64,000 nt of DNA from the NCBI GenBank assembly GCA_004321915.1, contig SCQE01000041.1:101191-165190 (forward strand), written 5' to 3'. Of this stretch, positions 28,595 to 38,713 are shown piece by piece. Origin of the DNA: Nitrospirota bacterium (GTDB lineage Bacteria > Nitrospirota > Thermodesulfovibrionia > Thermodesulfovibrionales > Dissulfurispiraceae). Numbering within the stretch: the first letter of the stretch is position 1; each line of letters starts with the position of its first letter. The notes under the pieces were generated by a model that did not search any database, was not told the DNA's origin, and worked only from the letters and a program-made list of their open reading frames with translations. A program made the position numbers and the translations under genes.

Positions 28595-29634
28595 TAAACC
28601 CCTCCGATCACAAGTCCCGCAAGGAATTGGGAGGACGGAACCCTTATGGCATCAGGCACATCAGGCCCTGTGGTCACCAAAGAAAGAGGCCTGCCGGTCA
28701 TTAGTGAAAGATTATAAAGGCCCCCGTATTGAGTCGCCATATCAAGCTTTGTGAAACCTATCGAATCTATTGTGTCGGTATCACAACTCCTCCATGCCTT
28801 TAAAGCAGCATCCGTGTTTATAGATGCATCCATTAAAAAGCATTTCTTGAGCGGAAAACCCGACGGGAATATCTCTTTTATATCGCTCAATGTTTCCCTG
28901 AACGAATGCCCCGGAGTATCGATCAAAACAGGTCCCCTGTGTATGTCCTTATAGACCACTTTCGGAAGATCTGACATCTTCTTTACGGTCTTAAGCGGAC
29001 ATTTTAAACGGCCTGCAAGCATCTTCATTTCCGCGATAGAGCCTATTCTGTCCTCATCGAGCGAGACAAGGCTGACCTGCTTATCTTTGTCCGCAAACAT
29101 CCGGGCCACCTTGGCCATAGTGGTGGTCTTTCCGACGCCCGAAGGACCTAAAAAAACAAGCCCCCTTTCCTCGGCCTGTTTAAGCCCGTCTATTTTCAAA
29201 TCACCGCCTATCACCTCTTTAAGGCTGTCTATCGATTCCTTTGCCCGTTCAAGAAGGATCATCGCAAAATGCGTATCGACACCCTGCCTTACAAGCAGAT
29301 TGAAAAGCCCTTTCTTGTCCTTGCCGACCCTCAATGTCGGAACTATCGGCCTTAACGTCTCTTTTAAAAAACCGAGTTCGTCGCGGAGGCTCCTAAGTTC
29401 CTGCATTATTTCATGGGCGCCCGAAATATTTGATGCTTCGAAATTACGCGGGGGCGGCGCGGCGGTCGTCTCATCTATAGCCGCAGTAACTTCTATGGCA
29501 TCTTTGTTCATTATACCGAAGGGTCCGGAATTTATTTTCTTGTGAGAAACAATTATCGCATCAGGCCCCAGTTCCTGCTTAATTGTCTCCATGACCTCTT
29601 TAAAGCTCCGCCCTACGAATTTCTTAAATTTCAT
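28594..29634 (-). CDS. flhF: flagellar SRP-type GTPase FlhF
   Basis: GPSGVGKTTT, DTPG and TKLD motifs. Sits between flhA and flhG. Confidence 0.85.
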   Translation of the reverse strand: MKFKKFVGRSFKEVMETIKQELGPDAIIVSHKKINSGPFGIMNKDAIEVTAAIDETTAAPPPRNFEASNISGAHEIMQELRSLRDELGFLKETLRPIVPTLRVGKDKKGLFNLLVRQGVDTHFAMILLERAKESIDSLKEVIGGDLKIDGLKQAEERGLVFLGPSGVGKTTTMAKVARMFADKDKQVSLVSLDEDRIGSIAEMKMLAGRLKCPLKTVKKMSDLPKVVYKDIHRGPVLIDTPGHSFRETLSDIKEIFPSGFPLKKCFLMDASINTDAALKAWRSCDTDTIDSIGFTKLDMATQYGGLYNLSLMTGRPLSLVTTGPDVPDAIRVPSSQFLAGLVIGGV

Positions 29635-29646
29635 TCATTCCCCCCA

Positions 29647-31686
29647 TTAATCAATCTTCACCGTGCCTATCGAATAAACCTTGGCGGTAGGCAATATTTC
29701 TCCATGAGATACCACTGCAATGCTTGCCGAAATCCTTTCGGCAATTCTCTTGAGAAAACGTCTTGTTGCCGGAGAACATAGTATTACCGGAACAAAGCCC
29801 TTAGTTACGGCATCCTCAAAATTGCCCCTTATGCTTTCGTTCAGTTTTTCCATAACAGCGGGATCGAGCGACAGATATGTGCCCTGAGGAGTGGTCTGAA
29901 CTGATTCCATTACAGAGCGTTCAACCTTAGGGTCCATTACTATAACGGAAATGTTCCCGTCCGAATTCTGTATCTGCTTGGTAATGCTCCTCGAAAGGGC
30001 CTGTCTTACATATTCAGTAAGCGTATCCGGGTCCTTTGTGGATGAAGCAAACTCAGAAAGAGTCTCGAGTATGGTCTGCAAATCGCGTATGGAGACCCTC
30101 TCTTTTATAAGGTTCTGGAGCACCTTTTGCACTGCGCCAAGACTTAAAGAGCCCGGAATCAGGTCTTCCACAACCTTAGGATGCGTAGTTGAAATGGTAT
30201 CTATAAGCTTCTGTGCGTCCTGTTTACCCAGAAGTTCGTGGGCATAGTTCCTGACTATCTCTGTAAGATGTGTGGTTATTACTGCAGAAACATCTACGAC
30301 CGTGTACCCGGCAAGCTGCGCCCGTTCCATGTCCTTTTCATCGATCCATTTCGCCTTAAGTCCAAAGGCAGGATCAACAGTTGAAACCCCGTCTATATTT
30401 TCCCTTTCGGTCCCGGGTGATATGGCCAGATACTTATTGAGCATGACCTCGCCCGAAGCCACTTCTACGCCCTTTATAAGAAACGAGTATCCCGTAGGCT
30501 TAAGAGAAAGATTGTCTTTGATATGGACAGGCGGAACTATAAAACCCAGTTCCGTGACCATCTGTTTTCTTATGGCCTTGATCCTTGCAAGCAGAGAGCC
30601 CCCCTCTTCGACAAGAGGTATGAGTGCATACCCTATCTCAAGAGAAAGAGGGTCGAGAGGTAAAAGAGATTCAAGTGTTTCAGGAAGCTTCACCGCTTCC
30701 TGAGGAGGGGGCGCTTCCTCTGCAGGTGGTGTGCTCTTTAACAAATACGCTCCGGTGCCTATAACTACGGCCGTCATAAGAAACGGTATATGAGGCAGAC
30801 CGGGTATCAACCCGAAGAAACCCAATATTGCCGATGCAGTGCCCAAAACTTTCGGATTAGAGAACAACTGACCTATGACCTCTTTTCCCATATTCGCTTC
30901 AGCAGCGGCCCTCGATACTATAACGCCTGCGGCCGTCGAGATGATCAACGACGGTATCTGTGCTACGAGGCCCTCTCCGACCGTGAGAATAGTATAAGTC
31001 TGGGCGGCTTCCAGCAGCGCCATGTTTTTCTGAAGCACGCCTATCATAAATCCGCCGATGACATTTATAAGCATGATAATAACTCCAGCTACTGCGTCGC
31101 CCCTTACGAACTTGCTCGCGCCATCCATTGCCCCGTAAAAATCGGCCTCACGCTTGATCTCTTCCCTGCGCCTACGCGCCTCCTTTTCATCGATCAAGCC
31201 CGCATTCAGGTCGGCATCTATGCTCATCTGTTTGCCGGGCATAGCATCCAATGTAAAACGCGCCGCCACTTCGGCAATTCTTCCGGAGCCTTTCGTTATT
31301 ACAACGAAGTTGATAACCACAAGGATTATAAAGACCACCAGACCTACTGCAAAGTTACCGCCGACCACAAACTGACCGAAAGACTTGATGACCTTTCCGG
31401 CAGCCTCTACACCTTCATCCCCCCTCAGGAGTATGAGCCTTGTTGAGGCAATATTCAACGACAACCGGAGAAGAGTGGTTATAAGCAGGACCGAAGGGAA
31501 GGCCGAAAATTCCAACGGTTTCATAACATACGCGGATATGAGCAAAATAACAACAGACAATGTAATGCTCAGCGTCAAACCCAAATCGAGCAGCAGCGGC
31601 GGCAAAGGGAGTATCATAATGACCAGAACGGTCATTATGCCTACTGCAAGCAGCATATCGCTTCTTTTTAACAATGCGTCCATCAT
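29647..31686 (-). CDS. flhA: flagellar type III export gate protein
   Basis: 679 aa with the FlhA N-terminal TM region, the FHIPEP motif region and a cytoplasmic domain. Confidence 0.95.
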   Translation of the reverse strand: MMDALLKRSDMLLAVGIMTVLVIMILPLPPLLLDLGLTLSITLSVVILLISAYVMKPLEFSAFPSVLLITTLLRLSLNIASTRLILLRGDEGVEAAGKVIKSFGQFVVGGNFAVGLVVFIILVVINFVVITKGSGRIAEVAARFTLDAMPGKQMSIDADLNAGLIDEKEARRRREEIKREADFYGAMDGASKFVRGDAVAGVIIMLINVIGGFMIGVLQKNMALLEAAQTYTILTVGEGLVAQIPSLIISTAAGVIVSRAAAEANMGKEVIGQLFSNPKVLGTASAILGFFGLIPGLPHIPFLMTAVVIGTGAYLLKSTPPAEEAPPPQEAVKLPETLESLLPLDPLSLEIGYALIPLVEEGGSLLARIKAIRKQMVTELGFIVPPVHIKDNLSLKPTGYSFLIKGVEVASGEVMLNKYLAISPGTERENIDGVSTVDPAFGLKAKWIDEKDMERAQLAGYTVVDVSAVITTHLTEIVRNYAHELLGKQDAQKLIDTISTTHPKVVEDLIPGSLSLGAVQKVLQNLIKERVSIRDLQTILETLSEFASSTKDPDTLTEYVRQALSRSITKQIQNSDGNISVIVMDPKVERSVMESVQTTPQGTYLSLDPAVMEKLNESIRGNFEDAVTKGFVPVILCSPATRRFLKRIAERISASIAVVSHGEILPTAKVYSIGTVKID

Positions 31687-31689
31687 CGC

Positions 31690-32766
31690 TTATCTCTTGA
31701 CCTTCTTGCCCTTCATCTTATAGACATTCGCAAGTATCGTGGCCACCGCCTTATAGAGCACTTCCGGGATCTCCTGCCCGATTTCGATCTTAAAAAGCGT
31801 GCGCGCCAGAGGCTTGTCTTCGAAGACCGGCACCTTGTGCTTTTTAGCGATCTCTTTTATTCTTTCGGCAACGAGATTTGCGCCCTTGGCGACCACCTTA
31901 GGCGCTACCATTTTCGATGTGTCATATTTAAGCGCCACCGCAAAATGGGTCGGGTTGGTTATGACCACGTCCGCCTTGGGCACCTCCTGCATCATCCTTT
32001 TCATCGCCATCTGTCTCTGAAGGCTCCTGATCCTCGCCTTTACCTTAGGGTCCCCCTCGGAAGACTTCATCTCGTCTTTAATGTCCATCTTCGTCATTTT
32101 GAGACTATCTTCGAACTGCCATCGCTGATAAAAAAAATCCACGATACCGAAAAAGCTAAGCACTACGGCCGAAATCAAAATGAGCTTATTTATCTGCCCG
32201 AAACAAATTCCTGCTATAGACAAGATGTCCATGTCTACAAGGAGCGGCAGTGTCAAAATCTCTTTTTTAAGTATGAAATAGAGTATAAGACTCAGGACGA
32301 TCATTTTTAAGAAACCCTTTGCGAGATCGAAGACCATGGTTTTGCTGAACATTCTTTTGATGAAATTCAAAGGATTAAGGTTGAGCAATCCTGCGTTTTC
32401 AAACTTCATTTTTGCGGTAGAGAAGTAAAAATCAGTTGAGTAAAGGTGTATGACAATAGACAGAACTATCATCCACCCGAAAAGAGGCAGCATAAGCTGT
32501 CCCAACTGAACAGCATCCGTTTTGAATATCTCCATCAGCGACGCATCGTTCAACGATGTCTCAAAGCTCCTCTTAAGAGAAGACTTAAAGAAGACGACCA
32601 TCGTATTGAAAAAAGCGATCCCGGTGAAAGAAAAAAAGGTAAACAGCACCCATAAAGGAACCAAGCTTATAAGCTCCCTGCTCGTTGCTATGTTCCCTTT
32701 GCCTCTGGCCTCGTCGCGCCGTCGCGGTGTCGCGGCTTCTGTGCGGCCTTCGTCTTCGGCACCCAT
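31690..32766 (-). CDS. flhB: flagellar export switch protein
   Basis: N-terminus EDEGRTEAATPRRRDEARGKGNIATSREL and the autocleavage motif NPTH (VITNPTHFAVAL). Confidence 0.95.
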   Translation of the reverse strand: MGAEDEGRTEAATPRRRDEARGKGNIATSRELISLVPLWVLFTFFSFTGIAFFNTMVVFFKSSLKRSFETSLNDASLMEIFKTDAVQLGQLMLPLFGWMIVLSIVIHLYSTDFYFSTAKMKFENAGLLNLNPLNFIKRMFSKTMVFDLAKGFLKMIVLSLILYFILKKEILTLPLLVDMDILSIAGICFGQINKLILISAVVLSFFGIVDFFYQRWQFEDSLKMTKMDIKDEMKSSEGDPKVKARIRSLQRQMAMKRMMQEVPKADVVITNPTHFAVALKYDTSKMVAPKVVAKGANLVAERIKEIAKKHKVPVFEDKPLARTLFKIEIGQEIPEVLYKAVATILANVYKMKGKKVKR

Positions 32767-32769
32767 CCG

Positions 32770-33507
32770 TTACCTCGTAAACAAAAAGATAGCTTCCTTC
32801 ATATTGAGGAAAGCCTTGGAAATGAGCATAAAAGTCAATGACAGTGACGCAATGATAAAAATAAACCCTATCGCAAGCAAAACAGGGAAACTGACAAAAA
32901 ATATGTTGGCCTGCGGCATCGCCTTAGACAAAAAACCCATCGCAACGTTAACAAGCATCTGAACAACTATTACGGGCGCGGCTATCTTGAATGCAAGAGG
33001 GAAGAGCAATGTATTAAGATTTATAATAGTCTGGAATATGGTTTTGTATTGGACCTGCTCGATTTCGAAACTTCTTACTATGCCCTCGATAAAATGATGG
33101 TGTATGTCGAGAGCGAAAAAAAAGACCATGGTCAGAAACATATAGAAAAAATTAAGCGGCCCCATAGTCTCGCCGAACTGTGGATTAAAAACAGCCGCCA
33201 GACCGAATCCCATCTGTAAACTTATCCATTGAGCAGCCATCTCTACAGCGCCAAATATGATCCTTACTGCAAGTCCCATCGCCATACCCACAAATATTGC
33301 GTCCAATATGGACCTGAACGGGTCTTCGGCATTAACTTTGGCAAAGGGCGCAACCAAAAGGCTAAAGGCCAAAACAAGACCCACCTTAAACATCATCGGG
33401 GTCGCCTTAGCGCCGAAAAAAGGGATGAACGAGAACATCGCAGCGATTCTTATGAATACCGGGATAAGTTTTCCTGAGTAGCTATTGACTATATTAAGAA
33501 GTTCCAT
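32770..33507 (-). CDS. fliR: flagellar export apparatus protein
   Basis: 245-aa polytopic membrane protein between fliQ and flhB. Confidence 0.85.
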   Translation of the reverse strand: MELLNIVNSYSGKLIPVFIRIAAMFSFIPFFGAKATPMMFKVGLVLAFSLLVAPFAKVNAEDPFRSILDAIFVGMAMGLAVRIIFGAVEMAAQWISLQMGFGLAAVFNPQFGETMGPLNFFYMFLTMVFFFALDIHHHFIEGIVRSFEIEQVQYKTIFQTIINLNTLLFPLAFKIAAPVIVVQMLVNVAMGFLSKAMPQANIFFVSFPVLLAIGFIFIIASLSLTFMLISKAFLNMKEAIFLFTR

Positions 33508-33512
33508 ATCAT

Positions 33513-33782
33513 CTATCTCACATAGAGCGGTATATTTTCAAAAATGTTTCTGGTAAACGAAACCATAATTTTGACCATCCACGGCAATGCGATCAAAAGC
33601 GTCAAAAAAACGGCGATTATCTTTGGCACGAATGTTATTGTAGCCTCCTGAAGCTGAGTCATGGCCTGAAAAAAGCTGATTAAAATACCTATAACAAGAC
33701 TGGCAACCAGAACCGGTCCGCCAACCATCAAAACCGTTTCGAACGTCTGCTTTGATATCTGTTGAAGGAGCTCGACCGTCAT
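33513..33782 (-). CDS. fliQ: flagellar export apparatus protein
   Basis: 89 aa with two TM segments and the conserved FQAMTQLQEATITFVPK. Confidence 0.9.
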   Translation of the reverse strand: MTVELLQQISKQTFETVLMVGGPVLVASLVIGILISFFQAMTQLQEATITFVPKIIAVFLTLLIALPWMVKIMVSFTRNIFENIPLYVR

Positions 33783-34822
33783 CTAAAACTCCCTATCAAA
33801 GAACCTATGATAAGCTCCCACCCGTCAGCCAATACAAACAAAAGAAGTTTCACGGGCAATGAGACCATAACAGGCGGGAGCATCATCATACCCATAGCAA
33901 GCAAAATACTGCCGACAACCATGTCAATAACGAGAAAAGGCAAATAGATAAGAAATCCTATCTCAAAAGCTTTCTGAAGTTCTCCGATAGCAAAAGCAGG
34001 GACAACAACCTTCATTGGTAAATCCATGGGGCTTGCAGGCCTTTCGCTCTTTGAAATCTTTAAGAAAAGCGCCAGATCCTTTTCCTTGGTCTGTCTAAGC
34101 ATAAATTCTTTTAGAGGCACACTCGCCTTGTTCAACGCAGTTTCAGCATCAATCTGTTTTTTAGTATATGGTAGATAAGCCTCTGAATATACACGGTCAA
34201 ATACTGGCGACATTATAAAAAAAGTGATGAAAAGCGCCAATCCTATCAAAACTGTATTAGGGGGGGCTTGAGGCGTGCCCATAGCCTGTTTTAGAAAGGA
34301 CAAAACAACTATTATTCTTGTAAAACATGTACACATAACCAACATTGCAGGCAAAATTGACAACAAAGTAAAAAAAAGTAATATCTCAAGCGGTGAATTA
34401 AGTCCGAGTATCCCCCCACCTACAGCAGGCGGTGCAGGTGCGCAAAAAGCGGTTTCGGAAAATAAAAGACCGCATAAAAACCAAAATGAAGAAAATATAA
34501 GTTTTCCTTTGTTTTTAAACAAATCTTTTATACTAAAACTCTGTACATTATTTTCTGTCATTACATTTAGTGATGCTTCTGCAACTTTGGGATTTAACTT
34601 ATCTATCAAGGAAACATTTTGATCGCCTATACCCAAAACAAAATACTCATCCAGAACTTTAACTATTCCTATGCCTCGTTTTGTTCCCAAGGGATAAAAA
34701 TATATTAAATCTATAAAACCTTTTTGTGGCATTACCCTTTGTTTTATCAGACGTAAGAACATATATAATCCGGCAAGTATAATTATCAGAACAAGCAGAA
34801 TTTTCAACACCTCAAAAGCCAA
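33779..34822 (-). CDS. fliP: FliO-like N-terminal module fused in frame to FliP
   Basis: Residues 1-85 have a TM segment plus LIYFYPLGTKRGIGIVKVLDEYFVLGIGDQNVSLIDKL (FliO pattern). A second hydrophobic, signal-like segment follows (FWFLCGLLFSETAFCA), then the FliP core (TRIIVVLSFLKQAMGTPQAPPN). Confidence 0.8.
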   Translation of the reverse strand: MAFEVLKILLVLIIILAGLYMFLRLIKQRVMPQKGFIDLIYFYPLGTKRGIGIVKVLDEYFVLGIGDQNVSLIDKLNPKVAEASLNVMTENNVQSFSIKDLFKNKGKLIFSSFWFLCGLLFSETAFCAPAPPAVGGGILGLNSPLEILLFFTLLSILPAMLVMCTCFTRIIVVLSFLKQAMGTPQAPPNTVLIGLALFITFFIMSPVFDRVYSEAYLPYTKKQIDAETALNKASVPLKEFMLRQTKEKDLALFLKISKSERPASPMDLPMKVVVPAFAIGELQKAFEIGFLIYLPFLVIDMVVGSILLAMGMMMLPPVMVSLPVKLLLFVLADGWELIIGSLIGSFR

Positions 34823-34849
34823 GTTTATTCCTCCGTTATGCTTAATATG

Positions 34850-35179
34850 CTACTTTAACGATCTCACCCTTTCTGTGGGGCTGATTATATCCGTTACCCT
34901 TATACCGAACTTTTCATTTACAACAACAACTTCGCCTCTTCCGACAAGTCTGTCATTTACATATACCTCCATCGGTTCGCCGGCAAGTTTCTCAAGCGCT
35001 ATTACCGACCCCTGCCCCAATTGCAATAGTTCCTGAATAAGTATCTTTGTCCTTCCTATCACAACTGTAAGTTCAAGCGGTACATCAAGAATAAAATTAA
35101 CATCTCTTTGTTGTACCCTCTGCATTTGGTCTTCCGAGCCAAACTCCTCCATGTTTAAATCCTTAACATCTTCTGACAT
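34850..35179 (-). CDS. fliN: flagellar motor switch protein
   Basis: 109 aa with a SpoA-type C-terminus (LDVPLELTVVIGRTKILIQELLQLGQGSVIALEKLAGEP). Confidence 0.9.
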   Translation of the reverse strand: MSEDVKDLNMEEFGSEDQMQRVQQRDVNFILDVPLELTVVIGRTKILIQELLQLGQGSVIALEKLAGEPMEVYVNDRLVGRGEVVVVNEKFGIRVTDIISPTERVRSLK

Positions 35180-35201
35180 TTTGCCTCCTAACCAATTGTT
35201 T

Positions 35202-36164
35202 CTAAATGATTTGAGTTATTTTTAATGCGTATGATCCCTTAAAAATACCAAATTTCCCCTGAAACTTAGGTACACCTTCTATATCTATATCTATATCTTC
35301 ATCTACCCTTTTATTGAGCATTATGATATCCGAGGTCTGCATGTTTAAAATATCTTCAACCGAAACCACGGCACTACCAAGAGTTGCGGTAAAATTCAAA
35401 GGGATCTCTTTTAATCTTTCACGTAATCGTTCAATCCATTTCTGGTCCATCTCATCCCTGTCGGCAGAAAAAGCGCTATAAAGTTTCTCTTTAATCGGTT
35501 CAACCGTTCCATAAGGGATACATAAAAATATCCTGCACTGTTTGCCTTCGATTTCAAGGATAAATTCAACTTTAATAACAACGTCTACAGGCGTTACTAT
35601 TGTTACAAACTGAGGATTCATTTCAGATCTTACATAGTTAGGCATAACAGGATAAATAGGTTTCCAAGCCTCTTCCATGTCACTAAAAAACATCATTACA
35701 ACTTTATGTATGATTTTTTGTTCAATTGGTGTAAATTCACGGCCCTCAGGCTTATAATGTCCCTTTCCAGTACCACCGAAGAAAAATTCGATAAGCGTAA
35801 AAATCATCGGGGCATCAAAAACCAAAAGCCCGAATCCCCTTAAAGGTTCCATCTTGAACACATTGATACTTGAGGGAAAAGGTATTCCCCTCATAAAATC
35901 GTAAAATTTAGTTATATTTACATTAACATTCGTAACATCAACCATATGCCTTATTGCAGCGGAAAGCGATAGACGAAAATTTCTCGCAAGTCTCTCATTG
36001 GCAATATCAAGAGACGGCATTCTGCCACGAACAATCTTCTCCTGACCGCTAAAATCATAGAGTTTTACACCCGAAACTTCCTCTACTTTTTCGGTTTCTA
36101 CATCTCCGTCAGATATACCTTTAAGTAGCGCATCGACTTCATCCTGCGATAGGATATCTTCCAT
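35202..36164 (-). CDS. fliM: flagellar motor switch protein
   Basis: The N-terminal CheY-P binding motif LSQDEVDALL and the FliM middle domain. Confidence 0.9.
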   Translation of the reverse strand: MEDILSQDEVDALLKGISDGDVETEKVEEVSGVKLYDFSGQEKIVRGRMPSLDIANERLARNFRLSLSAAIRHMVDVTNVNVNITKFYDFMRGIPFPSSINVFKMEPLRGFGLLVFDAPMIFTLIEFFFGGTGKGHYKPEGREFTPIEQKIIHKVVMMFFSDMEEAWKPIYPVMPNYVRSEMNPQFVTIVTPVDVVIKVEFILEIEGKQCRIFLCIPYGTVEPIKEKLYSAFSADRDEMDQKWIERLRERLKEIPLNFTATLGSAVVSVEDILNMQTSDIIMLNKRVDEDIDIDIEGVPKFQGKFGIFKGSYALKITQII

Positions 36165-36209
36165 TATCTCCTCTTAAAACAATAAGTTAAACATCTACAT
36201 ATAAAGTTT

Positions 36210-36713
36210 TTATTGCATTACAAATTCTGTCAGATAGACATTCTTAACAGCATTTTCTCCTAATATCTGGTTTGTCCTGACAGATATCTCATCCTTAAGC
36301 TGCAACTTTCCTTCAGGGGATACCAATGTCTCAGCCGATTTACTAGTGAGCAAAGTGATAATAGCGTCCCTCAACTGAGGATTTTTCAGCTTTGTTTTTT
36401 CAGCAGTTTGCGGTCCTGCATTGGCAAGCTCAAGTTGAAGTGTAACTTTAAGGAATTTATTTCCGCCCTGATCGCTTAGATTTACAACAAAAGGATCTAT
36501 AGGGTACATAACTACTTCTTCAGCTTTTTTATCGGCCTCTTTTTTGGCATCTTTCCCCTCGCCGCCACCTGATTTTTTCAGAAAAAAGAAAGCCCCGCCC
36601 CCGCCCGCAACCAACAAAACTACGGCTATAATAATTATTATTAAAAGTTTTCCTTTTTTCTTAGGCGCCGCTTCGACCGGAACTTCGCCTTCTTTAGGTT
36701 CTTCATCAGCCAT
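36210..36713 (-). CDS. fliL: flagellar basal-body-associated protein
   Basis: One TM segment, then YPIDPFVVNLSDQGGNKFLKVTLQLEL. Confidence 0.85.
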   Translation of the reverse strand: MADEEPKEGEVPVEAAPKKKGKLLIIIIIAVVLLVAGGGGAFFFLKKSGGGEGKDAKKEADKKAEEVVMYPIDPFVVNLSDQGGNKFLKVTLQLELANAGPQTAEKTKLKNPQLRDAIITLLTSKSAETLVSPEGKLQLKDEISVRTNQILGENAVKNVYLTEFVMQ

Positions 36714-36762
36714 AATGTCCCCTCCATATGCTTAAAATTATACAAATTGCCATTTAATTGTT

Positions 36763-36778
36763 TGCACATAATATGCCA
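36763..36778 (-). promoter_or_regulatory. sigma-54 promoter for the fliL operon
   Basis: The minus strand reads TGGCATATTATGTGCA with canonical GG/GC spacing, ending 49 nt before the fliL ATG. Confidence 0.6.
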
Positions 36779-36840
36779 AACAATAACTGATTGATTTTAA
36801 TATGGTTTATTAGAAAAAGGAAGGAGTATAGTCAATACAA

Positions 36841-36877
36841 TGACGGTTGGATGCTTAAAGAGAGCATCCAACCGTCA
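36841..36877 (-). terminator. stem-loop downstream of flgE (probable intrinsic terminator or RNA stabiliser)
   Basis: Perfect 15-bp inverted repeat TGACGGTTGGATGCT / AGCATCCAACCGTCA with a 7-nt loop, 27 nt after the flgE stop. On the minus strand it is followed by TTGTATTG. Confidence 0.55.
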
Positions 36878-36904
36878 CCTAAGCAAACAAAGACAGGCTA
36901 AAAA

Positions 36905-38251
36905 TTATCTGACTATATTGGTAACCTCTGCAAGCATATTGTCCGATGTCGTGATGACCCTTGCATTTGCCTGAAAGCCTCTCTGCGCAGCAATCATTCT
37001 GACAAATTCCTCGGCAATATCGACATTGCTCAATTCGACCGTGTTAGGGAGAATACCGCCTCTGCCCGAGGTATTGGGCGTACCTATAACAGCCTGTCCT
37101 GAATCGAACGACTGTGCATATAAACTCTTGCCCATTTTAGTGAGCCCTTCAGGAGAAACGAACCTAGAAAGAGCAACCTGAGCGATATTTTTGACCTGAC
37201 CGTTGGTAAAGACACCGCCTATAACGCCATTGCTGCTTATGGTCAAAGCCCTGAGAGAACCGGCAGTCCACCCGTTCTGGTTCTGGAATACCATGGTAGA
37301 AGGAGAGCCGTATTGGGTCGTGTTTATGCCGTTATAGCCCATGCTGATAGCGATAGTTTGAGTTGCGGCCCCACCCACCCAAGAGGTAAAATCAAAAACA
37401 GCATTCTTTGCAGCAGGGGCTGTAGGCGCTGCAATACCCGGAGGCGCAGTATCGACTATATCAACACCGGTCAGAGTGCCGCTCGAATCGAACGTAAGCG
37501 TAAGCGGTTGTGTGCCTGCAGTGCCCCCGTCAAAATCGATTTCCACATAGTTGGTACTTGTAGCGCTGTTGTTATAGACAAAATGGGCATCCCATGTGTT
37601 TGAAGCAGTCTTCCTGTAGTATATGCTCACAGGATGGTCATTGCCCTGACTATCATATACGGTCATGGTCGTATTAAAATTATAACAACCTGAAACCGGC
37701 CCTGATGCGGCAACCAGAGACCATGCCGTTGCCTTAATACTTTCCCTCGAATCTAGGTTAGCTTCAAGATTCACTTGGCTCGATGCGCTCGGATTACTGT
37801 TGACCGTAGCTACGTTGACGTCCCCCAACGAGCCTGTAAAGTTACCGTTTGCATCGTACAGATAGCCTTGGTATCTCAGACCTGTCGGGGACACTATGTA
37901 TCCGTCCTTATCGAGACCCGACTGACCGCTTCTTGTATAAAAGGTACCACCGGTAGGTTCCTTGACAACAAAGAACCCCTCGCCGTCAACAGCCATATCC
38001 AGCGGATTGTTAGAGGTCTCGAAGTTGCCCTGCGTAAACAAGGCCTGCGTTCTCAGCATACTTGCGCCTCTTCCTATCTGAACGGCTGAACTTCCTCCCA
38101 AGGCCTGACTTAATACGTCGCCGAAAATAGACCTACTGCCCTTAAAGCCCACAGTATTTGAGTTGGCAATATTGTCGCCGACTATGGACAAGGCCTGACC
38201 ATTAGTGTTTAATCCGCTGACTCCGGTAAATAATGATGTCAAGATACTCAT
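36905..38251 (-). CDS. flgE: flagellar hook protein
   Basis: MSILTSLFTGVSGLNTNGQALSIVGDNIANSNTVGFKGSR and the C-terminus LSNVDIAEEFVRMIAAQRGFQANARVI. Confidence 0.95.
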   Translation of the reverse strand: MSILTSLFTGVSGLNTNGQALSIVGDNIANSNTVGFKGSRSIFGDVLSQALGGSSAVQIGRGASMLRTQALFTQGNFETSNNPLDMAVDGEGFFVVKEPTGGTFYTRSGQSGLDKDGYIVSPTGLRYQGYLYDANGNFTGSLGDVNVATVNSNPSASSQVNLEANLDSRESIKATAWSLVAASGPVSGCYNFNTTMTVYDSQGNDHPVSIYYRKTASNTWDAHFVYNNSATSTNYVEIDFDGGTAGTQPLTLTFDSSGTLTGVDIVDTAPPGIAAPTAPAAKNAVFDFTSWVGGAATQTIAISMGYNGINTTQYGSPSTMVFQNQNGWTAGSLRALTISSNGVIGGVFTNGQVKNIAQVALSRFVSPEGLTKMGKSLYAQSFDSGQAVIGTPNTSGRGGILPNTVELSNVDIAEEFVRMIAAQRGFQANARVITTSDNMLAEVTNIVR

Positions 38252-38263
38252 GATGCCCCTCCT

Positions 38264-38701
38264 TTAAACAATATATGGATTTCTTATCTCTTTGACCCTA
38301 TCGAAAGGGACCTGTTTGCCGTTTACCGTCAGATAGACCCCCTTATCATCCACAACAACACTCTTGACCACGCCGCTGTCGTTATCCAAACTGGAAATGC
38401 TCTGGCCTATAAGAGACGATGCCGTAGCCGCATTTGAAAGCTGCTGCTGCTTCAAAAACGAAGCTATATTATTGCTCATAGACGTCATCTGCTCGAGACT
38501 GCTGAATGTGGCAAGCTGGGCCACAAAATCTTTGTCCTCAAGCGGATTAAGCGGGTCCTGATGTTTGATCTGTGTGAGCAGAAGTTTCATGAATTCATCT
38601 TTGCCCATGGAAGAAACATCTTGTTTACTGCCTGTCGTTTTTGAATTTTTCGCGCTGCTCGAATACAATGGGTCGCTGAATATAGGCGCTGTCAATGACA
38701 T
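38264..38701 (-). CDS. flgD: flagellar hook capping protein
   Basis: MGKDEFMKLLLTQIKHQDPLNPLEDKDFVAQLATFSSLEQ. Confidence 0.9.
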   Translation of the reverse strand: MSLTAPIFSDPLYSSSAKNSKTTGSKQDVSSMGKDEFMKLLLTQIKHQDPLNPLEDKDFVAQLATFSSLEQMTSMSNNIASFLKQQQLSNAATASSLIGQSISSLDNDSGVVKSVVVDDKGVYLTVNGKQVPFDRVKEIRNPYIV

Positions 38702-38713
38702 TTTATTTCCTCC

